The notes below the pieces were generated by a model that was not told where the DNA came from, did no database searches, and was given only the letters and a program-made list of their open reading frames with translations. From assembly GCA_030611585.1 (NCBI GenBank), contig JAUWPM010000002.1, forward strand, positions 1 through 53,665: a stretch of 53,665 nt of DNA, written 5' to 3'. The position numbers and the translations under genes are program-made. Position 1 is the stretch's first letter, and every line of letters starts with the position of its first letter. This document shows, piece after piece, positions 37,160 through 45,867 of this stretch. The DNA comes from Methanosarcinales archaeon. Its GTDB lineage: Archaea > Halobacteriota > Syntropharchaeia > Alkanophagales > Methanospirareceae.

Positions 37160-38609
37160 AATAATGGCAAGAGAGATAAAAAAAGGCTTCATGGGGGGGC
37201 AATATAAACCGCTCTCAGCCTATGATGTGGGAAGAATACATGAAACCGCGTTCAGGATTTTAGAAGAGATTGGTGTTCAGGTGGAGCTGAAAGAGGCGTT
37301 GGACATCTTCGAGCGTGGTGGAGCAAAAGTTGATCGTGGAGAGAAGATAGTGAAGATTTCCTCTGAATTAGTAGAAGAGATGGTGGAATCAGCGCCTTCA
37401 AAGATTGTTTTAGGTGGGCGGGAGAAGGAAAACGATCTCGTGCTCGAGGGCACGCGTGTACACATGGGAACTGGCGGTGCAGCACTGAATGTTATTGATG
37501 TGGACAGCGGGGAAAAGAGAAAAGGGACACTCAGGGATATAGCAGATATAGCAAAGCTGACGGATGCCCTTGATAATATACACTTTTTCGTAAGACCCTG
37601 TATAGCGCAAGATATACCTATTGATGATCTCATTGTAAACCAGTTCTATGCTGCTCTTTCTAACACCACCAAGCACGTGATGTCGGGATGTGATAGAGTG
37701 GAGAAAGTGGAAGAAGTAGTAGAGATGGCGGAACTCATAGCTGGCGGAGAATTACGAGACCGACCACCCCTATCGTTCATAACGAGCTGGATGGACAGTC
37801 CTCTCTGTTTCGCCACGGATATTACAAAAGTGCTGATTGAAGTAGTGAAGGAGGGGTTACCCGTGATTCTTTCTTCGGCACCAATGACCGGACTGACATC
37901 CCCTATTACGCTTGCAGGAACTCTGACTCAGTTGCATGCTGAAGAACTATCAGGGATTGTATTAACGCAACTTATAAATCCGGGCGCACCCGTGGTTTAC
38001 GGCGGAATACCCTCTATGGTGGATATGCATAATCTGAGATTTATAGCAGGGGGTGTGGAGTTTGGGATGATGAACGCGGCTATATCTCAGTTGTCTCAGT
38101 CTATCGGACTTCCCAACTACAATTCTGCTGGAATTACCGACGCCTCAATACCCGACATACAGGCAGTATACGAGAAAGCATATTCTATATGCCAGTGTGC
38201 ACTCTCGGGGTCCAATCTTATCCACCATGCGGCAGGTATGCTTGAGTCTTTGCTCACCGTGGATTATGGACTGTACGTCATAGATAACGAGATAATAGGA
38301 ATGGCTATGAGGGGTGTGCGGGGGATAGAAGTGAACGAAGACACACTGGCTCTGGACGAGATAAAGAAGGTTGGACCTGGCGGAGATTATTTGCGTTCTA
38401 AACACACACGTGGACACATGAGGACTGAGTTCTTTGAACCCATGCTCGCAAGCAGGGAAGAGCGAGGAGATAAGGCTATACAAGGACTTGGCGGCATAAG
38501 GGAATTAGCAAAGTCGAAAGCAAAGGAGATACTTAATACGCATACGCCCACAGGTATAGATCCAGAAGTAGATAAAAGAATAAGGGAGAGATTAAATATC
38601 CTTATGTAG
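37146..38609 (+). CDS. MttB-superfamily substrate:corrinoid methyltransferase, second paralogue, non-pyrrolysine
   Basis: 487-aa uninterrupted ORF, paralogous to 32934-34412. The start overlaps the preceding gene. Confidence 0.8.
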   Translation: MITGEIMAREIKKGFMGGQYKPLSAYDVGRIHETAFRILEEIGVQVELKEALDIFERGGAKVDRGEKIVKISSELVEEMVESAPSKIVLGGREKENDLVLEGTRVHMGTGGAALNVIDVDSGEKRKGTLRDIADIAKLTDALDNIHFFVRPCIAQDIPIDDLIVNQFYAALSNTTKHVMSGCDRVEKVEEVVEMAELIAGGELRDRPPLSFITSWMDSPLCFATDITKVLIEVVKEGLPVILSSAPMTGLTSPITLAGTLTQLHAEELSGIVLTQLINPGAPVVYGGIPSMVDMHNLRFIAGGVEFGMMNAAISQLSQSIGLPNYNSAGITDASIPDIQAVYEKAYSICQCALSGSNLIHHAAGMLESLLTVDYGLYVIDNEIIGMAMRGVRGIEVNEDTLALDEIKKVGPGGDYLRSKHTRGHMRTEFFEPMLASREERGDKAIQGLGGIRELAKSKAKEILNTHTPTGIDPEVDKRIRERLNILM

Positions 38610-38625
38610 ATATAGGATATGTATG

Positions 38626-39720
38626 TTACCGATTTCTGAAGTAAGGGATTATTTCCCGCGAATATCGCAGTAAGATGCGCATAGGGTCTGGTCCAACGGG
38701 TACAAAGGCGAAATGAGTAACACCAGCCTTGATATATTCTGCAATTTGCTCAATGCAATCATCCACCGTGCCAGCGATTGAAAAATCTTCTACCACTTCC
38801 ATGGGGACAAACTCTCCGTATTCCTTGAATTTCTTCTCTCCTTCTTCATTTACCATTATCTTCGAATACAGGTCGGGTTCAACAATTGCAAGAGGTTCTG
38901 TCGTATAGCCGCCCTCCTCAAGAATTTTTGGCCAGAGAACAATAGAAGATTTGTAAGGCTCAAGCTTTTTAAGCGCGGACTCGTGGTCTTTTCCTATTGT
39001 AGTATAAACATATAATACGCGGTCTATTTCGTCCATTGACCTCCCGGCTTTTCTTGCTCCTTCTTTTACTTCTTCGAGATGCTTCTTATATAACGCTGGG
39101 CTCATAGAACAGGGTATCCAGCCATCAGCCATCTTGCCCGTTAATTCTCTCGTGCGAGGACCGTTAGCGCCGAAGTATATCGGAATGGACTCCTGAAGCG
39201 GATTGATCTGCAAAAATGCGTTCTTCAACTGCCAAAATTCCCCTTCATAGCTAAATACCTCGCCGGACCATAGTTTACGCATTATCTCAACAGCCTCGAT
39301 AAGACGAGAAACAGGCTTCTTCCACGGAATGCCAAATTGCTCGAGATTCATCATCTCACCCGCACCCATTCCCAGGTTTATACGTCCATTAGAAAGGCAA
39401 TCGAGTGTTGCTAACTTCTGTGCAAAAACGCTTGGATGACGTCTAAAAGAATCCGAGACACACGTACCCATTCTAATATGTCTTGTTGTTCCGGCGATAG
39501 CGGTGAACATCGTCCAAACTTCGGGAACTTTTCCTCCTGAAGGCACGGTTAACAGGTGATCAGCCGCCCATAACGAGTCAAAACCCATCTGCTCTGCTCT
39601 TTGTGCATCTACAATGTAAGCGCTCGTCGCCGGTGTAGGAGTTGATAGATACATTCCGAATTTCACTCCTTTCACTTTCATCGTCTTTTCACCTCTCCTT
39701 TGCTTTGCTTCGCTTTCCAT
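38626..39720 (-). CDS. LLM-class F420-dependent oxidoreductase (Mer-like)
   Basis: Luciferase-like monooxygenase fold blocks recalled from methylene-H4MPT reductase (..DHL.., GMGAGE..FGIPWKKP.., IPIYFGANGPR..). 364 aa. Confidence 0.7.
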   Translation of the reverse strand: MESEAKQRRGEKTMKVKGVKFGMYLSTPTPATSAYIVDAQRAEQMGFDSLWAADHLLTVPSGGKVPEVWTMFTAIAGTTRHIRMGTCVSDSFRRHPSVFAQKLATLDCLSNGRINLGMGAGEMMNLEQFGIPWKKPVSRLIEAVEIMRKLWSGEVFSYEGEFWQLKNAFLQINPLQESIPIYFGANGPRTRELTGKMADGWIPCSMSPALYKKHLEEVKEGARKAGRSMDEIDRVLYVYTTIGKDHESALKKLEPYKSSIVLWPKILEEGGYTTEPLAIVEPDLYSKIMVNEEGEKKFKEYGEFVPMEVVEDFSIAGTVDDCIEQIAEYIKAGVTHFAFVPVGPDPMRILLRYSREIIPYFRNR

Positions 39721-39728
39721 TTGTGTTT

Positions 39729-39740
39729 TTAGTATATAAG
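39729..39740 (+). promoter_or_regulatory. putative archaeal TATA box for the activase-AOR operon (would give a near-leaderless transcript)
   Basis: TTAGTATATAAG is centred ~26 nt upstream of the ATG at 39763, in a 42-bp divergent intergenic region. Confidence 0.3.
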
Positions 39741-39762
39741 CCTTACATAAACTATTAGGATA

Positions 39763-41625
39763 ATGAAAGGAGATATTTGTACAGCGGTCTTCCTGCCCGA
39801 AGGTAAACGAGCAGAATTTAAACGCGGGTTTAGCATTTTAGAAGCTGCGGAAAGTATAGATCTGAAGATAGAATCTGCCTGCGGCGGGCAGCAAAAATGT
39901 GGCATGTGTAAAGTCATTCCTACGGGTAATTTAAGTAAACTAACACAGGACGAGCTGCGATTGCTAACGGAGGAAGAAGTTGAGCAGGGTTATAGATTAG
40001 CCTGTGCTGCGACTATTCAGGGAGATGTAAGAATAACAGTGCCGGTGGAGAGTAGAATAGGGGAACAGAGGCTGCAGATAGATGGAATTGAGCAAACTGT
40101 AAGTTTGGATCCCGCTGTGCGTAAGTATACAGTTGCACTTCCCGTAGCGACACTTGAGGATGTAAGAACAGATAAAGAGAGGATTTTGGAGAGAATAAAA
40201 GAAGTGTTCGGACTCGATTTGGAGGTTGAATACGGCGTGTATAAACAATTGCCGGGAGCAATAAGGGATGGTGAATGGACTGTTTCAGTGACGGTGTGGA
40301 ATGGAAAGAGAATATTGTCGGTTGAGCCAGGCGTGGTCAGGCATGCATACGGTGTTGCAGTGGATGTAGGGACGACGAAAATAGCGGTGTATCTTTTGAA
40401 TTTGAGGAATGGTGAAGTTATAGGAAAGGAGGCAATAGTAAATCCACAGATAAAATACGGCGAGGATGTTGTCTCCAGGATCAGTTACGCGACGGATGCG
40501 GATAAAAATTTAGAGAGACTGCAAACAAGCGTGATTGGGGCTATCGAGCAACTCATAAAAGACACTTGTGCGGAGGTCGGAGTGGAAACAAGACACATTT
40601 ATGAGATTGTAGTGGTTGGAAATACCGTTATGCAGCATTTATTACTTGGTGTCAGTCCAAAATACGTGGGCAGGTCGCCTTATTGTGCCGTATTAGGAAG
40701 TGGAGATTTTAGGGCATCCGATATAGGGCTAAAAGCAAATGTCAATGCCAATGCTTATCTCCATACATTCCCCGTAATAGGGGGGTTTGTAGGAGGAGAT
40801 CACGTATCCGCCATTTTAGCTACTAAGATGAACGAGTCGGAAGAAATGAGTATGTTAATGGACATAGGAACGAACACGGAAATAGCAATGGGAAACAAAG
40901 AGGATATGATTTCATGCTCCTGCGCTTCCGGTCCCGCATTTGAAGGATATTACATAAAACACGGAATGCGTGCATTGTCAGGTGCAATCGAGCATGTGGA
41001 GATAAATCCTGAGACGTTTGACGTGAGATACAGAACGATAGATGAAGTGCGAGCAAGAGGTTTATGCGGCTCGGGTTTAATAGATTTACTTGCAGAACTG
41101 CTGAAAACCGGTATGATGGACTCTACTGGGAAGTTAAACACCGAAATCGAGTCAAACAGAATAACAACAAATAAGGATGCAGTCGAATTCGTGGTGGCAT
41201 GGGAGAGAGAGACAGACATAGACTCGGACGTGGTGATAACGCAGCGAGATATACGGGAGTTACAATCGGCAAAGGCTGCTATGCGGGCTGGAGCGGAGAT
41301 TTTGATGCTGAAAAAAGGGCTAAAAGAAGAGGATATTGACGTTTTTTATATCGCAGGAGCATTTGGGAGTTACATTGAGCCGGAGAATGCGAGAATAATA
41401 GGTATGTATCCGGAAGTGGATTTGGAGCGAGTGAAGATAGTAGGAAATGCAGCGGGTTCTGGCGCAAAACTTGCGTTAATATCTGTAGAAGAGCGTACGC
41501 ATGCAGAAGAGATAGCGAAGAAGGTGCGATATGTAGAACTCGCTGCCGAACCGAAATTCACGAGATGTTATATGCTGTCACATTATTTCCCGTTTGGAGG
41601 AACTTTAGCAGACGTAAGGAGGTGA
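39763..41625 (+). CDS. ATP-dependent reductive activator of corrinoid proteins (RACo/AcsV-type; N-terminal 2Fe-2S ferredoxin plus ASKHA/DUF4445 domain)
   Basis: N-terminal Cys pattern CGGQQKCGMC...LAC, followed by an ASKHA ATPase-like region (VAVDVGTTKIAV, DIGTNTE, GNAAGSGA). Confidence 0.8.
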   Translation: MKGDICTAVFLPEGKRAEFKRGFSILEAAESIDLKIESACGGQQKCGMCKVIPTGNLSKLTQDELRLLTEEEVEQGYRLACAATIQGDVRITVPVESRIGEQRLQIDGIEQTVSLDPAVRKYTVALPVATLEDVRTDKERILERIKEVFGLDLEVEYGVYKQLPGAIRDGEWTVSVTVWNGKRILSVEPGVVRHAYGVAVDVGTTKIAVYLLNLRNGEVIGKEAIVNPQIKYGEDVVSRISYATDADKNLERLQTSVIGAIEQLIKDTCAEVGVETRHIYEIVVVGNTVMQHLLLGVSPKYVGRSPYCAVLGSGDFRASDIGLKANVNANAYLHTFPVIGGFVGGDHVSAILATKMNESEEMSMLMDIGTNTEIAMGNKEDMISCSCASGPAFEGYYIKHGMRALSGAIEHVEINPETFDVRYRTIDEVRARGLCGSGLIDLLAELLKTGMMDSTGKLNTEIESNRITTNKDAVEFVVAWERETDIDSDVVITQRDIRELQSAKAAMRAGAEILMLKKGLKEEDIDVFYIAGAFGSYIEPENARIIGMYPEVDLERVKIVGNAAGSGAKLALISVEERTHAEEIAKKVRYVELAAEPKFTRCYMLSHYFPFGGTLADVRR

Positions 41626-41632
41626 AGAGTAC

Positions 41633-43279
41633 ATGGGTGCAGACGAAATGAAAGTAGCGTACATAGATTTAAGCAAAGAAAAAGCAGAAGTGAGGGATAG
41701 AAGCGATCTATCGAGCTATTTCGGAGGTGCAGGAGTGGCTTTTAAGCTGCTGAACGAATACAAAGATGTATTGCGAACGAACGCACTACGGGTTGAGCAG
41801 CCTATAATATTCGCAAAAGGGTTCTTTACCGGTATTTACCCTTGTGCAACGAAAGTTACAGCGGCTTTCAAGTCGCCTCTTACCGGGGAACTGGGCGAGA
41901 GTCATGCAGGAGGGAATCTCTCTTACGCAATGGCGAGTGCAGGATTAGATGCAATCGTTATCGAAGGAGCATCAGAAACGCCGGTTCATATACGAATAGA
42001 TGAATCAGGCATAGAGATAAAAGAAGCGGAGAAGCTTTGGGGATTGTCGTGCTTTGAAGTTGAAAACCGATTGGATGGAAGAAGTAAAATGTATATCGGC
42101 AAAGCAGGAGAAATACAGATTCCTTTCGCTTGTGTTACCGTTGATAGATATAGACACTTCGGCAGATTGGGCTTGGGAACGTTATTCGGGTCAAAAAGAT
42201 TAAAAGCGCTAACAATATCGGGTAAAAAGCGAATCAGAGTAAAGAGCAGCTATTATCGAGAAATACTTAAGCGGATAAAAGAGGATAACGACCTTAAGAA
42301 ATACAGTGAGGGCTATGGCACTTCAGAGAACACCGTAATGATGAATGAAGTAGGTGGTTTACCTGCGGAAAACCTTCAAGCGAACAGGTTTAATGTGGAA
42401 GGATTAACAGAAGATGCATTCGCGAAGTTTCTGGTAGAGAAAAAGACATGCTCGGGTTGCCCAATAAGATGTATAAACGTAGCGAAGCGGGACGCAGATT
42501 CGCCGAGGATAGCTTACGACTATGAACTGATATACTCCTTAGGACCGCTGTTAGGGATAGGAGAAGCGAAAGAAGTTTTTAGACTGTTAGAGAAAGTAGA
42601 GAAATACGGTTTGGATGCAATAGCCACGGGGAACTTGTTAGCATGGGCAACGGAAGCGTATGAGAAAGGTTTAATTAAACTTTTAGTACCTTTAAAGTTT
42701 GGAGCAACGGAGAACTACTTGGAAACGATAGATAAGCTTGTAGAAGGAGAGGGGATTTACAAGGATTTGAGGAAGGGGACAGAGGAGGCTGCTTCGATAT
42801 ACGGAGGAAAAGATTTTGCTCTAACACTGGGGAAGAATGCAATGGCAGGGTATCATACAGGATATGCACTGATATTGGGGCAGGCGGCAGGACAGCGGCA
42901 TTCACACATGGATAATAACGCATGGTTTCTGGATTTTGAGAAATATCCGTCGGAAGAAGTGGTGGATGAGCTCATTTCAGACGAGAAGAAGAGATGTTTG
43001 ATGAATTCTATGGGGCTTTGCTTGTTCGCAATAAGCGTCTACGATCTCAAGACAATTTCTGAAGGACTTAACGCGATAGGGATAGATAAAAGCGAGGAAG
43101 AGCTTTTTGAAGTAGGAGCAGAGATATTCGAGATAAAGAAGGAGATAAAGCGAGTATGTGGGTTTGAATACGAGAAGTTAAGGTTTCCAGAGAGGTTGTT
43201 TGAGACAGAGAGCATGAACGGGTTTTTGAACAGAGAAACGTTGGATAAGATGCTGAAGAGGTATGTGGAGAGGATGTAG
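41633..43279 (+). CDS. aldehyde:ferredoxin oxidoreductase (AOR) family tungsto/molybdopterin enzyme
   Basis: AOR N-terminal domain (YIDLS.., GG.G....L) and a C-terminal domain with the CSGCPIRC cluster-ligand region. 548 aa. Confidence 0.8.
   Translation: MGADEMKVAYIDLSKEKAEVRDRSDLSSYFGGAGVAFKLLNEYKDVLRTNALRVEQPIIFAKGFFTGIYPCATKVTAAFKSPLTGELGESHAGGNLSYAMASAGLDAIVIEGASETPVHIRIDESGIEIKEAEKLWGLSCFEVENRLDGRSKMYIGKAGEIQIPFACVTVDRYRHFGRLGLGTLFGSKRLKALTISGKKRIRVKSSYYREILKRIKEDNDLKKYSEGYGTSENTVMMNEVGGLPAENLQANRFNVEGLTEDAFAKFLVEKKTCSGCPIRCINVAKRDADSPRIAYDYELIYSLGPLLGIGEAKEVFRLLEKVEKYGLDAIATGNLLAWATEAYEKGLIKLLVPLKFGATENYLETIDKLVEGEGIYKDLRKGTEEAASIYGGKDFALTLGKNAMAGYHTGYALILGQAAGQRHSHMDNNAWFLDFEKYPSEEVVDELISDEKKRCLMNSMGLCLFAISVYDLKTISEGLNAIGIDKSEEELFEVGAEIFEIKKEIKRVCGFEYEKLRFPERLFETESMNGFLNRETLDKMLKRYVERM
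43139..43278 (+). repeat. 140-bp direct repeat, copy 1 (functional 3' end of the AOR gene)
   Basis: Read as identical base for base to 43912-44051. Identity stops at the third base of the stop codon (TAG here, TAA in copy 2). Confidence 0.9.
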
Positions 43280-43325
43280 AGGGTGTGAAAAAAGATATTC
43301 TCGTTTTATCAACCTCACAGGATAT

Positions 43326-43445
43326 TCAGTATGTTTCGATTTTCAAATCCCGTATGCGGGAGAAGTGCTCAACATTTTTAGTGAGAACGACCTCACTATT
43401 ATGCAAAGCAATCCCTGCGATCATAGCATCTTCCGGATCTATCAT
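43326..43445 (-). pseudogene. PIN-domain (VapC) C-terminal fragment
   Basis: MIDPEDAMIAGIALHNSEVVLTKNVEHFSRIRDLKIETY* matches only the last ~40 aa of PIN toxins. The N-terminal ~90 aa are absent. Confidence 0.55.
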
Positions 43446-43710
43446 CTTTCCCTCTTTGATTAATTCTCAATGTTCTATCTCTGCTCTTTTCCCGCATTTC
43501 CTCGATAACATCCCACAGCTCCTCAGCATCTCCTTCTTTCAAAAATCCAACTATTCCCATCAATGATTTCTTTTTTGTTAACCGAGAGATAATACCGTTG
43601 AAAGTTTCTCCTTCTCTTCTCTCTGCATCCAATCTTGCATATACCTCTTCCGATATAGATATGCTCATACTGCTCATTTTTTCCACCACATATAAGTTAT
43701 AATCTTTCAA
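43399..43710 (-). CDS. VapB-like ribbon-helix-helix antitoxin (COG1753-like), 3' end fused into the decayed toxin region
   Basis: MSISISEEVYARLDAERREGETFNGIISRL..GDAEELWDVIEEMREK is typical of archaeal CopG-type antitoxins. The C-terminal ~25 aa read into the PIN remnant in another frame. Confidence 0.6.
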   Translation of the reverse strand: MKDYNLYVVEKMSSMSISISEEVYARLDAERREGETFNGIISRLTKKKSLMGIVGFLKEGDAEELWDVIEEMREKSRDRTLRINQRGKDDRSGRCYDRRDCFA

Positions 43711-43767
43711 TTTAAAGATATAATGCGAAAGTCTGGCGATTTTTACAAAAGCTGATGTTCAATTCAT

Positions 43768-43911
43768 CTATGCTTTCCTTTGTTCCCGCACAATCTCGGG
43801 TAGCGGCTCTCCTTCAGATAGTATCTTCCTAACACGCCCCAAATCGTTACTTCTTATCTTCCTGACTTTAATGCCCAGTTTTTTTGCTATTTCTTCGACC
43901 CCTCTGCTTTT
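43768..43911 (-). pseudogene. N-terminally truncated helix-turn-helix gene fragment
   Basis: ..KSRGVEEIAKKLGIKVRKIRSNDLGRVRKILSEGEPLPEIVREQRKA*. The recognisable coding sequence begins exactly at the edge of repeat copy 2. Confidence 0.4.
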
Positions 43912-44051
43912 AAGGAGATAAAGCGAGTATGTGGGTTTGAATACGAGAAGTTAAGGTTTCCAGAGAGGTTGTTTGAGACAGAGAGCATGAACGGGTTTTT
44001 GAACAGAGAAACGTTGGATAAGATGCTGAAGAGGTATGTGGAGAGGATGTA
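43912..44051 (+). repeat. 140-bp direct repeat, copy 2 (orphan duplicate of the AOR 3' end)
   Basis: Identical to 43139-43278. Encodes ..KEIKRVCGFEYEKLRFPERLFETESMNGFLNRETLDKMLKRYVERM* with no upstream gene body. Confidence 0.9.
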
Positions 44052-44053
44052 AA

Positions 44054-44104
44054 CACACTTTTTCTTTTTTGGGCAAAAAAGAAAACCTGTGCTAAAAGAA
44101 AAAA
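44054..44104 (-). repeat. half copy of the 128-bp MITE-like repeat
   Basis: CACACTTTTTCTTTTTTGGGCAAAAAAGAAAACCTGTGCTAAAAGAAAAA closely matches the reverse complement of 9975-10030. It supplies the last codons and the stop of the gene at 44092-44778. Confidence 0.7.
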
Positions 44105-44778
44105 GTTTGATGCATAGGAATAATATAATCAGCGATTTCTTTTAGCCGTGCCAAGCTGTCATAGGCTTCGAGTAAATTGGTGTGATAAGCAGGAGGGATG
44201 ATTTGTGGCTCGAAGTTCTCCTTAATACAGCATAGACCCTCTATTACCTCTTTACCTCGCGCTGTATTGATCAGTACAGATTGACTCCCGGGGCTGTGTC
44301 CGGGTGTTTTCAAAAGCTTCAGACCCGGGAATATCTCTTTATCTCCTTCAATCACTTCTATATCCTGTCTTTCTATTGCCTTCAGATTATACCAGGTGCG
44401 CACTGCAGGATGTGGGCTTTGTGCGAATTCTAACTCATCTTTTTGCAGAAAGAACCTCGCATTCGTATATTTGTAAGCTAAATCCACATGCCCGGTGTGA
44501 AGATGCGTTTGTATAACGATATCTATGTCCTGCGGAGCTAAGCCAAGCTTCCCCAGCCCTTCCTCTATACTTTGAACTTTATTTGCAGGATAACCCAACT
44601 TAGATAGTAGCTTTGGATCGCCTCCCGAATCCACCAATATATTTTCCCTTGCTCCTTCGATGTACCACACGTAGCCAGTAGTAGTTATTACATCATCGAA
44701 ATTGCGATGCATATAGAGGTGTTCTGCCTTTTTTACCTTCCCACTGAAAAGTGGCACGTAATGTATTTTGTATTTCAT
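44092..44778 (-). CDS. MBL-fold metallo-hydrolase (lactonase-like)
   Basis: THLHTGHVD (a variant of HxHxDH) and a downstream TPGHSPGS motif. 228 aa. Confidence 0.75.
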   Translation of the reverse strand: MKYKIHYVPLFSGKVKKAEHLYMHRNFDDVITTTGYVWYIEGARENILVDSGGDPKLLSKLGYPANKVQSIEEGLGKLGLAPQDIDIVIQTHLHTGHVDLAYKYTNARFFLQKDELEFAQSPHPAVRTWYNLKAIERQDIEVIEGDKEIFPGLKLLKTPGHSPGSQSVLINTARGKEVIEGLCCIKENFEPQIIPPAYHTNLLEAYDSLARLKEIADYIIPMHQTFFF

Positions 44779-44801
44779 TTCTTGTATCTTATTCTTTCAA
44801 T

Positions 44802-45830
44802 TCAAACCCTGCAAATCTCATATTCCTGTTCACCCAAGCCCAATCTATGTGCTTCTTTAACTTGAATGGTGGGGTCTCCTTCAAAGGAGTGCTTACCTAT
44901 CAAATCAATGGTGGCCTGGTCTATTGCAACTATGTCTTTAGAGGCTAAAATACCTATATCCGGGCACATGTACTCCGGCGAGAGGTCTTCACAATCGCAG
45001 AAAGGCGTAATATCAATCAGGAAATTGATGAAGATGCAATTGGAATAAGGAAGGCTTTTCAGAACCGTATTTGCAACTTCTGCAATTCGGAGCTGAAAAT
45101 TCTCTTTTGCTCCCACTTGCAAATGCAATGCGCCCGTTTCACACGCCGCGATACAACAACCGCAACCAACACATTTCTCGTTTATCAATTCCCGGTCATC
45201 CCGGTCACCATTTTCTTTTATTTCTATTGCATCGAATTTGCATTCCTCTATGCACGCATCACACTGAGTACACAGCTCGTTATCATACGTGGGCTTTGTC
45301 ACTTCGTGCTGATAAATCTTGCTCTTCTTAGTTACGCATCCCATTGCAACGTTTTTTATCGCGCCACCAAATGAAGCAGAGCCATGCCCCGTAGCATGCG
45401 AAAGAAGAAGCATCGCGTCACTGTCATATATGCTCCTCGCAATCTCCACTTTCTCGTTCACTTGCACACCTTCGTCTTTCAACCCATCGGCTATAATCAC
45501 CGGGCAGCCGAGATAAGACGGTAGGAACCCATGCTCGAATGCTGTTCTGTAATAGTCCATTGCATTATACCTCGCTAACTTGTATACGGTCGTAGTATCG
45601 GTAACAAAAGTGTCTCCGCCGTGCTTTTTCAACACTTCCACTATCTTCCTCACGTAAACAGGCTTGAGGAACGTCTTGTTCTTTCGCTCGCCCATGTGCA
45701 TCTTCAGAGCAACAACCCCGTTCAAGTTCCCAACGCCAACTCTTCCCAGTAGTGTTCCGAGCTTCTCTATAAGTAGAACGTTCTCATTTGCATTTGCGGG
45801 TATGAAGTATACTTTGCTCATTTTTATCAA
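44802..45830 (-). CDS. DUF362-domain protein with an inserted 2x[4Fe-4S] ferredoxin domain
   Basis: CTQCDACIEEC and CVGCGCCIAAC cluster motifs embedded in a DUF362-like scaffold. 342 aa. Confidence 0.7.
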   Translation of the reverse strand: MIKMSKVYFIPANANENVLLIEKLGTLLGRVGVGNLNGVVALKMHMGERKNKTFLKPVYVRKIVEVLKKHGGDTFVTDTTTVYKLARYNAMDYYRTAFEHGFLPSYLGCPVIIADGLKDEGVQVNEKVEIARSIYDSDAMLLLSHATGHGSASFGGAIKNVAMGCVTKKSKIYQHEVTKPTYDNELCTQCDACIEECKFDAIEIKENGDRDDRELINEKCVGCGCCIAACETGALHLQVGAKENFQLRIAEVANTVLKSLPYSNCIFINFLIDITPFCDCEDLSPEYMCPDIGILASKDIVAIDQATIDLIGKHSFEGDPTIQVKEAHRLGLGEQEYEICRV

Positions 45831-45867
45831 CCATTAAGATAAAAGGAAGGGTGCAATTAAAGTTCCA

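Noticed and set aside
32934-38609. Possible pyrrolysine (in-frame UAG) in the MttB-family genes
   Set aside because: Both ORFs are continuous from start to stop with no internal TAG, so they are non-Pyl members. No pylTSBCD genes are present in the window.
43285-43566. 93-aa plus-strand ORF downstream of the AOR gene
   Set aside because: It overlaps, in antisense, the VapB-like gene and the PIN fragment, both of which have recognisable family signatures.
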